Assembly: GCA_001643675.2 (NCBI GenBank)
Contig: LSRY02000003.1
Coordinates: forward strand, 1 to 64,000
Length of the DNA stretch: 64,000 nt
Direction: 5' to 3'
DNA from: Monocercomonoides exilis PA203
Lineage: Eukaryota; Protista; Preaxostyla
Of this stretch, positions 38,400-52,322 are shown in pieces (the first letter of the stretch is position 1; each line of letters opens with the position of its first letter). The translations under genes were made by a program, and so were the position numbers. The notes beneath the pieces are model-generated. The model made no database searches and was not told the origin of the DNA. It saw only the letters and a list, made by a program, of their open reading frames with translations.

Positions 38400-39069
38400 A
38401 GAAGATGAAGAAGAAGAATAGAAAAAGAAGAAAATTTCGGAGAAATAGAAGAAGGTGAAGTTGAAGTTGAAGAAGAAGAAGAAGAGGAAGAGGAAGAGGA
38501 AGAGGAAGAGGAAAAGGAAAAGGAGGAAGAGAAGAAGAAGGAGAAGAAGAAGGAGAAGAAGGAGAAGAAGGAGAAGAAGGAGAAGAAGGAGAAGAAGGAG
38601 AAGAAGGAGAAGAAGGAGAAGAAGAAGAAGAAGAAGAAGAAGAAGAAGAAGAAGGAGAAGGAGAAGAAGAAGAAGAAGGAGAAGAAGAAGAAGAAGGAGA
38701 AGAAGAAGAAGAAGGAGAAGGAGAAGAAGAAGGAGAAGGAGAAGAAGAAGATCTTTCGTTGGATGAGGCAGAGAACGAGCTGGTGGAAGAATTAGAGAGA
38801 GAAATGAAAGGAGAAGTGAAGACAACATACAAAAGGAGGAAAATAGATGAGATGGAGAAAGAAGAAGAGGAAGAAGAGGAAGAGGAAGAAGAAGAAGAAG
38901 AAGAAGAAAGAAGAAAGAAGAAGAGGAGGAGGAGGATATGAAGGAGGAGGAGGAGGAGGAGGAAGAAGAAGAAGAAGAAGAAGAAGAAGAAAGAGAAGGA
39001 GCAGAAGAAGAAGAAGAAGAAAGAGAAGCAGCAGAAGAAGAAGAAGAAGAAGCAGAAGAAGAAGAAGAA

Positions 39070-39102
<33 letters not shown>

Positions 39103-39190
39103 AAAGAATGAATTGGCATAGCCCGTACAGAAGAAAAATACTCTTTTAGGTTTATTGTCAATTTCCTCCTCTCTTCTTCTTCTTCTTCTG
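38400..39190. repeat. Purine-rich microsatellite (GAA/GGA/GAT)n, low complexity
   Basis: Long GAA, GGAGAAGAA and GAT runs. Confidence 0.95.
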
Positions 39191-39259
39191 TTTCCTTTCT
39201 TTTTCTGGCTGAACAAATACAATTTCCGAAAAGTCAGAAATAGAAAAAGCACTTATGAT

Positions 39260-40600
39260 TCAAACGAATACAAAATAATCTGAAATATCCAACGATGCTC
39301 CACGATAATATTTTCTGTGAAGAAAATCAAGTACTTCATGAAGGCTTGTAATGGTATCTTCATATCCTTCTTCTTCCATCTTTTCAAACGCTTTCCTTTT
39401 CAATGCTTTTCGTTCCTCTTCTTCCATTTTGCCTTCAATCAGCCCATTCAATCGATCTGAAATATTCAAAAAGAAAAGAAAAGAACAATTCATCAAATTG
39501 AGATTATATGCTGGAAGCTGAATCTCCACCAAAACAGCATCAATAGCCTTTCCTTTCAACAAATCATCAATTTCCACGTTTCTATTCCCTACTGCTTCTC
39601 TGAATGAATAAATGCAACAAGCGTGAATTTCTGCTTATTAGCTCAGCAAATTCTTCATTCCTCAATCGGTAGAAGCGAAAGAAAAACTCCGATTTTCGTA
39701 ACCATCTCATTATTGTAAGCACAACTTTAACTTCATCTTGGCTCATTTCCTCTCTTTCTTTTCCCTTCCAATTCACACACTTTGTCAACTCTTCCAATTC
39801 TCTTGCCGCGTCTCTTCCAAAATGCAGTTCAATTAACAACCTCTCCCTCCAAGCTTTTATCATTGAGCAATCGGTTAATCATAAATTGCCAAGCAGATTG
39901 ATAGGCAAGGCGAGTGAGATTATGATGTTCCTGATGATGTAGGATAATCACTTTTATCTCATTCAAATTCAGTTCTTGCCCCATATCCTTTAAAAGAAAG
40001 TGAGAGATTCAAAAACGTCAAAAATGAAAAAGAAGTGCTCATACATAATATAGAACATTGCTCAAAGCTAGCAATGTCATTTCCACTTCTTTTTGTGTTT
40101 CCTCGTTTCTCTCTTTCTTCAATGCAACTTTCAGAAGACAGGGAACACAAATTGAAAACAGTTTCGAATCGAACTGATAATTTAGCAAAAGATAGCATTC
40201 ACACAGATCAATCAAAAGCTTTTTGATCTTTTCATCTTTTTACTGATCTTCATCAATAATCATCTCTTCAAAGCTTTTCTGCAACGAATATTCTCCAACT
40301 CCACAAATATGCATATCTTTCAATGCTTTGAAGTATCCAATGCTCTTTAAAAGCAAGATTGATTTTCCCATTGAAAGTTTCTTTCCTTCAATCATTTTAC
40401 GAATTTTGTTGAACAATTATGGAGTGAAAATGGATTCGAATTCATCTTTGTTCATTCCATCAATCAGTTCATTAATTTCTTCGATTTTCCGTTTTTGTTC
40501 AGAATCAGAGCAATGTTCCATCTCGGAAAACAATTCTTTGATGAAAAAGAATAAAGAAAAAAATAACGATCATCAAGAATTCAAAAGCAATAACGATTCC
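39260..40600 (-). pseudogene. Decayed member of an expanded lineage-specific helical-repeat gene family (Monocercomonoides-like)
   Basis: Minus-strand ELFSEMEHCSDSEQKRKIEEINELIDGMNKDEF..., LLIDLCECYL, ELHFGRDAARELEELTKCVNWK and FEKMEEEGYEDTITSL; broken by stops. The family assignment is from recall, not a search. Confidence 0.65.
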
Positions 40601-42549
40601 ATGCCTATGAAATTTTTTGTGTTGTTCGTCTGAGTTTTTGAAAATTCATTGCAGTGAGAAATTCATGTTGTTTTTATCATTCAAATTGAATGTTTATATC
40701 ATTGATTGGAGAAATTGGTGCAAGTTTACACTTAAAGCAACCATGAAAATATCTGCGTTTATACTATTTTTTCTTTTGTTGACATACCGGCAAAGGATTA
40801 TGAAGAGAAACAATTCTTTATCCTTTTGTCTTTATTTGTAATGGTTTTAATGATCGAATAATAATCTTTGAACGGGATTATCCTTTGGAATTACGAGAGA
40901 TCAGCGAACGAATATTTTCTGCAGGATAGGTGTTATTATTTCGCATGCTAACGTCAATCACTGGAAAAACATTGCGAGCGATGAAATTCATCCTGTTTAT
41001 TTTTAGTAATCGGAAGACAAACGAAATGCGAAAATTTAAATTTTGAATGAAAATATCATCATGTGTGTATTTTGTATTTATCTATATATTGTGAAGATGT
41101 TTCTATCCGTATTTTCTCCAAAGTGCAGGAATATGAGTTATTGTTGAAATGGCCAATCTCCGCTTTGTAGAGCAATGCGATGAGAATGGAGCAGATTATT
41201 ATGTAGCCATTGGGATATAAAGGAATATATGCAAGTACTGTGCTTTTTATAATTTTTGTTGGAACAAGAGGTGAAAACAAATTCAACTGATGTTTTATTG
41301 AATGAAGGCAAAAGAAAATGGAGTTCTGCGGAAAAGGAAGAACAGACAAGTTGTAATGGTATTTTGGTAAATGATGAGGAAAACAAATTTTGGTGTTTTG
41401 GGGGGAAGAAAGCGGATGACAATGCGAAAGCGAGATATTTTTCGAAAAAAAGCCAAGGGAACAATGAATAGCAATGGAACTAGAGAATAGCATTTTTTGA
41501 TGAACATTTAGGTTTTTTATTGAAAGGCTCACCTGAGCTTTGCAGAGTTTTAATCAGTTGAGCATCGTTGAACATTCTCATGAAATTGAGACGGGTGAAA
41601 TGAAAATGAGAAGCATCTGTTACAGCCCATGTTTTTGAAGAATATCAAAACTTGAGAGGATTGTGTCAATCGTCTTCCATCTGGCGCATATGGGATTTGA
41701 TAAATAAGCAGACAGAAGTCTTGGAACTTTAATTTCACAGCTCGCTTTTGATGATTTGGAATGGAAATATTCTTTTGAACTTTCATCGTCATCTTCTTCC
41801 TCTTCCTCCTCTTCCTCTTCCAACCACAATATTATCATATCATGCAACAACTTCATTATCAACAACAAAATCATATGATAGAGGTTTTCTTCATTTTGTA
41901 TCCATATCAGAGAATATAAAAGAAATGAAGAAAATGCAAGCAATGCCGAGAAGAAGGAAAAAATGAAAAGGAATAAAATGAAAAAATAAAAATTATTAAG
42001 TTTTGAGAGGAGAATCGGAGAGGAAATGGAATTGAGAAGATTGAAAAAGTTATTGGATGATTGGAAATAAATGCAAAAAACAAAAAAGAAAAGAAAAGAA
42101 AAGAAAAGAAATGAGAGAAAGAAAGATCTGAAAGATAATAAGAAGAAGAACAAAGAAGAAAGTCAACAGTGTTTGAACAAATTGTTGGACTTGAGAAGAG
42201 ATTGAAGGAAACAACAGAGAAAAGTCGAAAGAAAGATAAAGAAAACAACCAACAAAAAGATGATAATACTTCCATTTTTTTTTTTCATTTCTCTCAAATC
42301 ATCCTTGTCATCGCAATGTTACTAAGTTAAAATATGAAAATATTCGTTATTTTGAAAATATTTCTTCAGGTTAAAGATTATGTCCATATGTTTCTTTTTC
42401 TCAATGAAGTTGCACTCTTATTTCAATTTTGAAGCATGAAAAAGTAATTGATTAAAAATGAAAAGAATTAAGTTCGTTGAAAAAGAACAACTTGAGCTAT
42501 TGCTATTTTTTAGCAAAAATGAAATTTTAAAAAGGTCTGTGAAATTCTT

Positions 42550-43800
42550 GGATTTATTCAACATTGCCAAATCCATTTTGTGATTGTTCATGTGAATGTC
42601 AAATATTCCTTTTTGTTTTGCAGGGTTTTGAAGTGAGTTCTTTCTGCTCGTTTATGCTTTTATTTTCTTTCTTTCGCATTTTTCCTCATAAAAGTCATCT
42701 TCAACAAAGCTAATCATTTCTTAAAGATTCAACTTACTCATTATTTTTCTGCAAATAAAACTTCTTGCTCCTCATTAAATAAACTCATTCAATAGATCTT
42801 TGTAAAGTAATCTTTTCCATCTTAATAGATGCATGTTGAATTGCAATCAAAATGGACTGATACAACTTGAAAAACACAATAATACCCTCGATGAAAGCAC
42901 CATTTAATATCATCCAACCTTTGAATCATAATTATAAAGTCAAGTGAAATTTGCTGTTCCTGATAAAAAAATTCGACAGCATCCTCAAGCGTCACTCACT
43001 GAAAATCAAATTTGAAGAATTGGAGAAAATCAAAAATCTTATCAATTTCATAAGTGGAGAGAAAAGAAGATGCATGAGCAACAATTCAAAATGAAGTTGA
43101 TAGCGACTGCAAAGATTTTCTCCATTCCCAGCTGTTGGTTGGAATGTCGAGGTTGAGGAATTGAATACGATAAAAAAAGAATAATGTTTGATAGTTAATG
43201 AATAAGAACAAGCGCAAATGTTGTGCTGAACTAAGAAATTAATGACAATTTCTAATTCTTCCTGAGAAGTAATTTCTTTCAATCGAATGCAAACAACAGC
43301 TCAGATCAAGTCCAACATAGAAATCAACTTCGCTTTTTAGAAGAAATTCAGACTCCTCGACAAATATTAAAAAATGTCAACTAACACTTTTTTTAAAAAA
43401 AATTCAGCAACAATTCAACGAAATATCTCTTGCCATCTTTTGAAAAGCGTTGAAAACTCTTAAATGCATTTCGTCTCCTTGACTTCACTAACTCGCAATC
43501 TTGCCAGTTCTGAAATGCACCCCTATTATTTTCTTTGAAGCTTTTCGAGTGAAATGATTATTACTCTTTAAACGCTGTCGAATAACTGCAATTCGCATCT
43601 TTTCTTTCGCATCACTCTCTCCCTCTTTTTCTTTTTCTTCTCACTCTCCATCCTCAGTCTCTTCTCACTTATCCAGCACAAACAGCAGAATCTCTGCTTC
43701 AATTCTGAGAACAACTTCAAACATGACCTGCTCAAATCCATCAAAACTCTTCTCAATGACCTCTCCTTAACTTAGCACTTGGCAATTATTCACCTCATCG
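42550..43800 (-). pseudogene. Probable decayed hypothetical-protein gene
   Basis: Coding-like fragments (RRVLMDLSRSCLKLFSELKQRF; KEITSQEELEIVINFL) with many stops. Confidence 0.35.
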
Positions 43801-44804
43801 TTCATTTGTCTCACTTATCCATTTACCAATCGAACGCAATTACAGAGACATCATCCTATCTCTCTCCAAAGGAAGCTGCAACAGGCTTTATAGATTGTTC
43901 TTGAAGTGGAAAAGATAATTGAGCTTTTTCAGATGATGAGTTGAAAAAGATGAAGGAGAGCATGAAGTTGATAAAATAAATGAATTGATAGTTAATATTG
44001 CAGTTCTTTCTTTCAGTTTTTCTTGGTAATTGCAACGCGCTGCCATCCAGAATTGTGTTGCAGATTGGATTTCGTTTTGACGCTTTTTCTTCTCTCAACA
44101 ATTTCTTGAAGCACTGTCCTGCACATGCCTGACCACCACACATTTGAATATTCACAAAGAAGAAAGAAGTTTGCTCTTCTTTCAGATGCGCATATAGAAC
44201 GTGAGTTATAAGAGTTTTATCGGCGTTGCTCGATGCTGAAAAGAAGGGGGCAATTAAAGGGAAACTGATGAAACATATTTTGAAGAAAAGAAAAATAACA
44301 AATAATTTTTGAAATTCAACATTTTTGCAATCAAAACCAAATGATAAAGAAAACTTTCTGATATTTCTTATTTTTTTCAGGTGCATTGAACATCAAAAAA
44401 AGGATTCTAAAATTGTACTTTTTAAATTTTTTCAAATTGTAATTTCTTCGTGTTTGACTATGAAATAATATGACATTCACAAGCACTCAGTAGCAAAAAG
44501 CACATATGAAAGCAAAAAGGAAAAATGCGCATTTCTTTAATCTAATGTTACATAAAACATGAAATGGGAAGTATGTTCAAGACTTGGAATAAATAATTGT
44601 AAAAACATATATTACTGGCATACATAAAATATCGCAATGAGAAGAAATTTAAATGTATCAAATTAAGAAAATATCAACAGTGAATATTTTTGATTTCGAA
44701 ACAAAAATATTCGATTCACATGATTTTCAAAGAAAAAAAAGGAAGAAATCTTTGAAAAAAAGATTTGCAATAAATATGAAATTAAATGAATATACATAAA
44801 AATT

Positions 44805-47800
44805 CTATTCGCTAAGACTTTGGATAAGACCATTAAATGCGGAACTTGGATTCGCCAATAGGTTCGCAGGAGAGTCAAGCTCAGAAACATGCCCTTGGTC
44901 CATCACCATTATTCTATCACAATTCATAATGGTGTTCAGACGGTGAGCAATGATAATCATCGTTTGGCTACTAAAGACTCTGCGGATGGTCTTCTGTATT
45001 TTTGCATCAGTCTCCACATCCACATTTGCTGTTGCCTCGTCCATCACAACAATCTTGCAATGATTCAGCATCGCCCTTCCAAAGCAAATAAGTTGGCGCT
45101 GTCCGCAGCTGAAGTTGTTTCCTCCCTCAGACATTTGCGTGTCTAACCCAAACTCCATTCCCAAAACAACTTCTTTCATCTCAATCAGATCCAACACTTC
45201 CCAGATCTCATCGTCGCTGCACTTGCTCCCAATGTCCAGGTTGTATCTGAGCGTCCCTGTGAACAGCGTGGGGTCCTGCGGTATAATTGCAATTGATCTC
45301 CGCACTCTGCTGAGATCGACCTTAGAGATGTCGATGCCATCGATTAAAACCCTTCCTTTGTTAGGCTCTTCATCGGGCACATCCACAGGCTTTCCTGTCT
45401 CCATATCTATCATTATGGGCTGGAGCTTTGGATCCAACTCTACAAGTCTAAACAGCGCAAACAGCAGAGATGTCTTCCCGGCACCTGTCCTCCCGCACAC
45501 CCCAATCTTTTCTCCGCCAGTAAACGAGAAGTTCACATCCTGCAGAACATACGGAAGGCCAGGACGGTATCTGAATGTTACATGCTCAAAATCAACATTC
45601 CCTTTCTGTGGCCAGTCAGCAGGAGGTTCAATAGCAACCTTCTTGTTGATCTTTGAATACTCCAATTCCTGAGGCAGATGTGCAGAATAGAAATCCAATC
45701 TCTGATATGACGTCATTCTAGATTCAAGATCTACAGATTCCATCACCATAAATGAGCCCAAGAACGAAAATGTCATCGAAGCGGTGATAGCCACGCTCAG
45801 ATTGGAAGGCTCCATGAAGAACCATCCCAGAATAATCACACCAGTTGTGAATATGATTGTTACAAATTGCGTGTACATATCAGCCCATGATTTTCCTTCT
45901 AAGTACAGCACAAACCGAACTGCCCAATCATCATTTGCCTTGTAGAATTTCTGTCTCCAACTTTCTTCCAAATGGAATGCTCGAATTGTCGACAAACCTG
46001 CGCCTGAAACTGTCTCGCTGAAGATTGAAAGCACAGGCGAGCGAGAAATAGCTTCCAGTCTTTGAAGGTTACGAGCTGCACGTGCGTAAAGAACATAAAT
46101 CACGCAGTAAATTAAAAGCGCTGGTAGCCCGATTGCCAGGAAAACTGGAGTATCAATTGCGATAATCACAACCTGCCCAATGATTCCTATTATTAGGTTG
46201 ACAACTTGAATGAGTAGGCCAAAGAGAGTTGTATCCACCTGGGACATATCTCCTGTGAATCTATTCAGGATTCTTCCCATTGGCGTTGTGTCAAAGAATG
46301 AAGGCGGACAGTGCACAACATTCTTCAAAAGAGTGTCATGGATGATGCGAACAGAACGAACAACTGCAAACCCAGAAACAATTGCTCTCAGAGATTGGAA
46401 TATGAACCCAAATACAAACATCAATCCGTAAATGCCAATCTTCCATCCATATGGAATCACATCTAACTTGTAAGGATTCCCACAAATACCCAGCCAGTAT
46501 GACTGGAATATCTGTGTTCCTTCAGCGATAAGAGATAAGAGAATGTAGATAATTAAACCCCACCACGGAAACAACGAGTTCACATAGGAGATGTAGTTGG
46601 AAATTGGCACTGCTTCGGTTTCGAACTCTTCTTCTGTAATAATCTGCTTTCCTGCTTCTGCTCCTTTTCCTTCCAAATCTTTTGCTGTGGCACCAGTCGA
46701 TTGGTCGCTCTTTGCATGATGCTTGTGATGACCAGAATGTTTATGTGACTTTCCTTTTTTCTTCTCCATCTTCTCGCCTTCTTTGCCTTCTTCTCTTTCT
46801 TGCTTCTCATTTCCTCCCTCTTCTTCCTCTTCCTCTTCCCCATCGCTTTCGCTATCTTCCTCTTCTTCTCCTTCTTTGTGCTTCTTATCCTTCTTGTTCT
46901 TCTTTTTGATGATGAATTGGCTAAAATCAATCCCTTGTGCAAGCAAATCTTCATATTTCCCCTGTGCTGCGATAAGCCCATGCTTCAAAAGAATAATGTT
47001 ATCAGCACGATCCAAAAATTGCAGCTTGTTCGTCATCAGCAGTCTCGTCTTGTCCTTCAGTTGGCCGCAAATGCACTCCTCCAGCAGATACCTCCCCACA
47101 TGTGCATCGACTGCTGAAAGAGGATCATCCAAAATGTAGATGTCTCTGTCTGAATACACAGCACGCGCCAGTTGAATACGAGCTTTTTGCCCTCCGCTCA
47201 GATTCACTCCTTTCTCTCCAATGGCTGTTTGGTCACCAGCAGACAAAGTCCTGAAATCAGGCTCCAACGCACATACACGCACCACATTCAGATACTTCTC
47301 TTCCTCATAAAACGATCCAAAAGTAATATTGCCTCTGACTGTGTTGTTGTTGATCCACGCCACCTGCGGGCAATACGCAATAGAGCCACGATATCTCACT
47401 TCTCCTTCCAATCTGTCCATATCTCCAATGATCGCTGCTCCGATAGAAGACTTGCCAGACCCCACTCCACCCACAACCATCGTCAAAGAGCCCTTGGGAA
47501 GGGTGATGTTCACAGACTGCAGAGCAATCTTGTTGCGACTCGATGGTGTGGCTGAAGGAGAAGGTGAAGGAGATGGAGAACTTGAGGGTGCTGTTGAAGG
47601 GGATAGCGTCGAAGACTGAGCAGAAATTACAGGTGTTGTGTTTTCTTGAGCGCTTCCTTTCTCATCTTTTGGTTGATCTGAGAGAGTGAATACAGAAGGC
47701 TGCGCATCTGAAGCTGTTGTTGCGATAGGCGCAGAAATTGTTGTTGATTGAATCACAGTATTTGGTTCATTGCCTTCTTCTGGAACTAATTCAGAAATCT

Positions 47801-49772
47801 TAGCTAAACCAGATGCTGTTTCTGTATTTGTTTCCTCTTTCTTTTCCTCTTTCTTTTCCTTTTTTGTTTCTTCTACCTTCTCAGCTGTTGAAGAGGAAGA
47901 AGAAGTTGATGATGATGCTTTGTCCTCGTCAAAGATAGTTGGAATTGGTGTCTGTTCCGATTTAACGTTATCCTTCTGTTTTTCTTGATTTTTGCAGTTT
48001 GTCATTGCACTGTCTTTTTTCTCCGCAATTTGCTTCGCGCTCTCCATTTTCCTGTGTTTAGCTTCTTCCTTCAATTTCATCTTCTCTTCCATTGACAAAG
48101 GAATTTCTGGTGGATCGCCCCATTTGAACGTTCCGTTTGTGATTGTCAATGCAATCTCAGTGTCATCTGGTTCATTGACTATTTCTTTCTTCAACTCTGG
48201 CAAAAGGAGAAAATCTCTAATTCGCTTTTGGCTAATGTGAATCATTGCTGTGGCTTGCAGATACATTGGAATCATGTTCGTTTCTCTGGTCATCATGGTC
48301 AAAAACCCGATGTTTGGCATCACTTTTACAGGAAAGTCGAACTGATCAATATTGTAAATTGCAATGTATGTGCCAAACGTAGCAATGTTCACCAAAGGTG
48401 GCATAGCTCTTATCATCCCTCCCATAAATTGTTGCCAGAATGTAAAGACCAAAACATCTCTCTCTTGCTTTCTTCTTGGAATATCAATTTTGCTGATAAA
48501 CACATGCTCCAATCCTGTAAACTTCACCACGCGCATCCCTTGCAATGTTTCGTTGGTGACTTTGTTTCTATCATCGTTGTGGCTCAGATACTTCTTCATA
48601 TTACCTGCCAAAAGTGCCGATATGCACACTTGAACGGGGAAGAATAAAAAGAGTGTGATAAGAGACATAATTCCGACCCATCCAAAATCAATACACACAA
48701 AAACGAATGGCATGATGATTTCAATGGGAATAAAAGCAAACATAAACGGCATCCAAATCATGTCACAAATATTTCTTGTATCTGCAGCAAGCAATGACAA
48801 AAGTCTCCCCGTATCAACATTGCTTTGCGAGGTGATGTTCAGCAAAAGGGTTTTGTTGTAAATCATTCCACTCAATGCTGACTTAACATTCGCAGAATAA
48901 TGAAAGAAAATTCTTAATTCCCACGAACTCACTATGAACATGAAAGGGCTAAGTATTAGAATAATAGCAGGAGCATAAGGAAATGTTTCGTTAGGATTAA
49001 AAATCTTCCGAGCAACAACTTCAAGAATAAGTTTCATCATATATGGTTGAATGAAATAACTCACATAGCTTTTGAATTCAAAAAAAATTGTTTAATTTTT
49101 AAAATTTGAGTGAATGCAAACCAAAGTGCTAAGAATATCATTGCCGCAACCAATTTATATGTTCCAACTCCAAAGAGCAGTGCTGAAGCAAGTGACGGCT
49201 TTGAAGGTTCTTTCATCTTTGTGCTATAAAGAATAAATACTAAGATTGAAAAATATCGCAATTAAATTCATATCATCATACTTAGGATTCCTAGATTTTT
49301 CTTTATCGTACTCCTCTAACTTTTTAACATAATCAGTATATCGTTTCATCCAGTATTCTTCTCCATTTTTAGTTGTCAATGATGTGAGATCTGATTTTTG
49401 TGTTTCGTAAATGTCCTCATCCTGGATAGGCTTGCAACGGAACACAAATTGAAAATAGAAACAGAAAAACACGTTGCAGCAACCCCAATGTGCTTCCTCC
49501 GTGTTCCTCCTGCGTTTGATCTCAGTCTTTGAAGCTTGTGATTTCTTTTTTTCTTCAATGAATACATGTTCAGGAGGTGCGGACATCGATGGCTCTTGAT
49601 TTGTCATTGAAGAAGGAGAAGAAGGGGGTGTCATTTTCGATCGTTCCTGGGACTTTTGTGGGGCATATTGAACAATTGATATTTCAGAAGTCGATGATTC
49701 TGAATCGCGTTCTTGTACATCTGGAAATGTGGAGGATATTTTAAACACTTCGGAGGAAGATGTTTCGGACAT
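44805..49772 (-). CDS. ABC transporter, subfamily C (MRP-like), TMD-NBD-TMD-NBD; predicted introns 49224-49281 and 49069-49121
   Basis: Walker A GGVGSGKS and GRTGAGKT; signatures LSGGQKARI and FSCGQRQL; ILDDPLSAVD, VMDEATANVD and FFDTTPMGRILNRF. Two short GT..AG introns join three ORFs in frame. Confidence 0.95.
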
Positions 49773-50149
49773 TATCAAACAATTTTAAAGATTGAATTAA
49801 TAATTCTTAAAACTGATAATTAAACAATGGTTTATACCATAAGCATTGATGCTTTCTTTGCTGAAAAAAAATTTTTTTATTCACTCAAAATGTGTAACCC
49901 ATTGGCAGATATAGTTGTTTTTCGATTTTAATATAAAATTTTTTCGGTATCTTTTCTGTTTTTTGGAAAACATTTTCAGATTTTTTTATTGATGCAAAAA
50001 ATTGACTATTCTAAGTTTAATTCTTTGTAAACGTGGATTTGAGTGTGATTAATATTGACATCATAAAAAAAAGGAAAATAAGGTCGCTTTAATATTCCTA
50101 TGTAATTAACAGTTGATTTTTAAAAAGGACTTTGTTTTTAGTATAGTTA

Positions 50150-50543
50150 GTGTTAATAATGGTGGACACTTTCAATAACTGTGGACAGTGGCTTTTTCTC
50201 AACAACTATTGATAGTTGCATTTCATCAATTTACACATTTATTCCTTCAATGAATGCAAACTTATAAGTCATTCAAAAATGAAACAACTTGCTCCCAAGA
50301 ATAAAGAAAAAGACATTTTCTATTTTCGGAGAAACTCGGAGAAATTAGATTCTCCGAGTTTCTCCGAAAAGATAAAATAATTATTATTGAATTTCACCGT
50401 ATTGGATAAATTATTAAAACAATTCACATTGGTTTGTATTCAATGAGGGAATAAATTGGTTAATTGTCAAAAAGCAACTATCAATAGTTGTTGAAATAAT
50501 GCGACTGTCCACCATTATTGAAAGTGTCCACCATTATTAACAC
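50150..50543. mobile_element. Foldback MITE (~394 bp), TA-flanked
   Basis: TIR GTGTTAATAATGGTGGACACTTTCAATAA, imperfect symmetry throughout, and a perfect 21-bp central stem at 50323-50370. Confidence 0.85.
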
Positions 50544-51314
50544 TAACAATAACTGATTTTCATCAAATCTTTTTGATGAAAAAAATGAGCTTAATTTGGG
50601 TCTGAAATTTATCGGTACCCAATAAATAAATCGGGACATAAAAATTTCTGTAACACAGGAGCACTTCCATTAAAAATGAAATAACGAGAAATTTCAAAAA
50701 TTCTTTTATATGTTATTCCAGAGAATATTTTTATCATTTTATAATTTAAATAAATAGATCTGGTTTTTTTTTTTTTTTAGTTTTTTTGACCAAAGATTTG
50801 CTCATATTTACATAAGCTTTTTGTTTTAAGTGTTTTTAGTTATATTATTGTTTATAAATTGATCTTTTTTATGTTTTTGGCTATTTTTTGATACTAAACA
50901 CTTCATAATAATTTTTTTATTTTAACAGTATTATTTAAAATTTTTGATTTAATTAGAAAAATATTACGTTGTTTCATTTTTTGATTTCAAAATCAAAAAC
51001 TATCAATATAAAAAAACTTTGTTGAATATGTGGGGGAAAATACAGTCTTTCAAGCTTTTTTTGCACAAAGCATTGAATAATTGCTTCACTCATAACTATA
51101 TTAATCATTCTCAAATTTCAAGACAGATTGAATTTTCTTTTCTGCAAATTGTTGTCATAGATGTTATTACAAAAATTTGATGTGACATTCCTTGTATATC
51201 AAAAAATGAACCCATTTTTATTATGTTTTTTGATCTCAAAAAGTCAATGAATAGTGCATAATTTTGCAATTAATATGTCTGAAGTCTAATATTTTGTCCC
51301 ATGTATTATAGTTA

Positions 51315-51709
51315 ATATTTATTAATGTGGACACTTTCAATAACAATGGACAGTAGCATTATCTCAACAACCGTTGATAGTTGCATTTTGATAATAAGCC
51401 CGACTATATTATCATTGAATGTGAACTTGTCAGTCAGACAAAAATAAAACAACAAGCTCCCAAGAATAAAATACTCAGCATCTTCAATATCCAGAGAAAC
51501 TCTGAGTAATAAGATTCTCTGAGTTTCTCCGAAAAATGAAAAATATTTTTGAATTACTTCTTTGTGTTGGATGTGTGATAAAAACAATTCAAATAAGTTC
51601 ATATTCAATGAGGGAATAATTGGACTCATTGTCAAAAAAACAACTGTTAACTGTTATTCAGATAATGCAACTGTCCACAGATATTGATAGTGTCCATCAT
51701 GATTGTCAC
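51315..51709. mobile_element. Second, degenerate copy of the same foldback MITE
   Basis: GTGGACACTTTCAATAAC..., GCTCCCAAGAATAAA, GAGAAACTCTGAG...CTCTGAGTTTCTC and ATTCAATGAGGGAATAA, colinear with 50150-50543. Confidence 0.8.
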
Positions 51710-52322
51710 TGATAACATCAAAAAATTTTTGAAAATATCGTGAAATGAAAAAAATAGTGAAAAACCGAAGAAATTGATAATAAAAAATTGCCAAAAGTGT
51801 AAAAAATTGAGTTTATAAAAAATGACATAACTCAAAACACTCAAAACAAAATGACCTGAAAACATGAGCAAGTCTTTGATCTTGAAAAATAGACAAAAAA
51901 ATTTAAGAACTATTAGTCAACATTGAAAAATCAAAAATTATTTATAGGAATCGTCAAAAAAGATATTTTGAATATTTTTGTTATTTATTTCATTTCATAA
52001 ATGCTCCTGGGAGTCAGAAAAAAAATATGTTTCAAATTAAAATGGGGGAACAACAAATTACTCACTATTCTCATTAAATAATCAAAAGCTAAATTTTCCT
52101 ATAAAGAGCTTCATATTGTTTCAGTTTGCAGTATCACCATCAAACATCTTCTTTCACAGATTATTGTTTTTTATGGGGCAAAAAAATATCAAAAGGATTT
52201 TCCATTCTGTGCTGTTTACGATTTTCTTTAAAAAGAAACCAAAACAGTTTAGTATATTTATTTATTTCTGTTGTTCCAAATTTTAACAACAAAATTTTTG
52301 TTGTTTTTTTAAGGAACAAGCA

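Noticed and set aside
38364-39252. Poly-S/L/R/F ORFs
   Set aside because: Artefacts of GAA/TTC microsatellites that are open in several frames.
40900-42300. Overlapping short ORFs on both strands
   Set aside because: Low complexity, no recognisable domain, and the coding strand cannot be determined.
44889-48861. Many plus-strand ORFs over the ABC gene (and likewise minus-strand ORFs over 52589-58051)
   Set aside because: Shadow ORFs of GC-richer real coding sequence.
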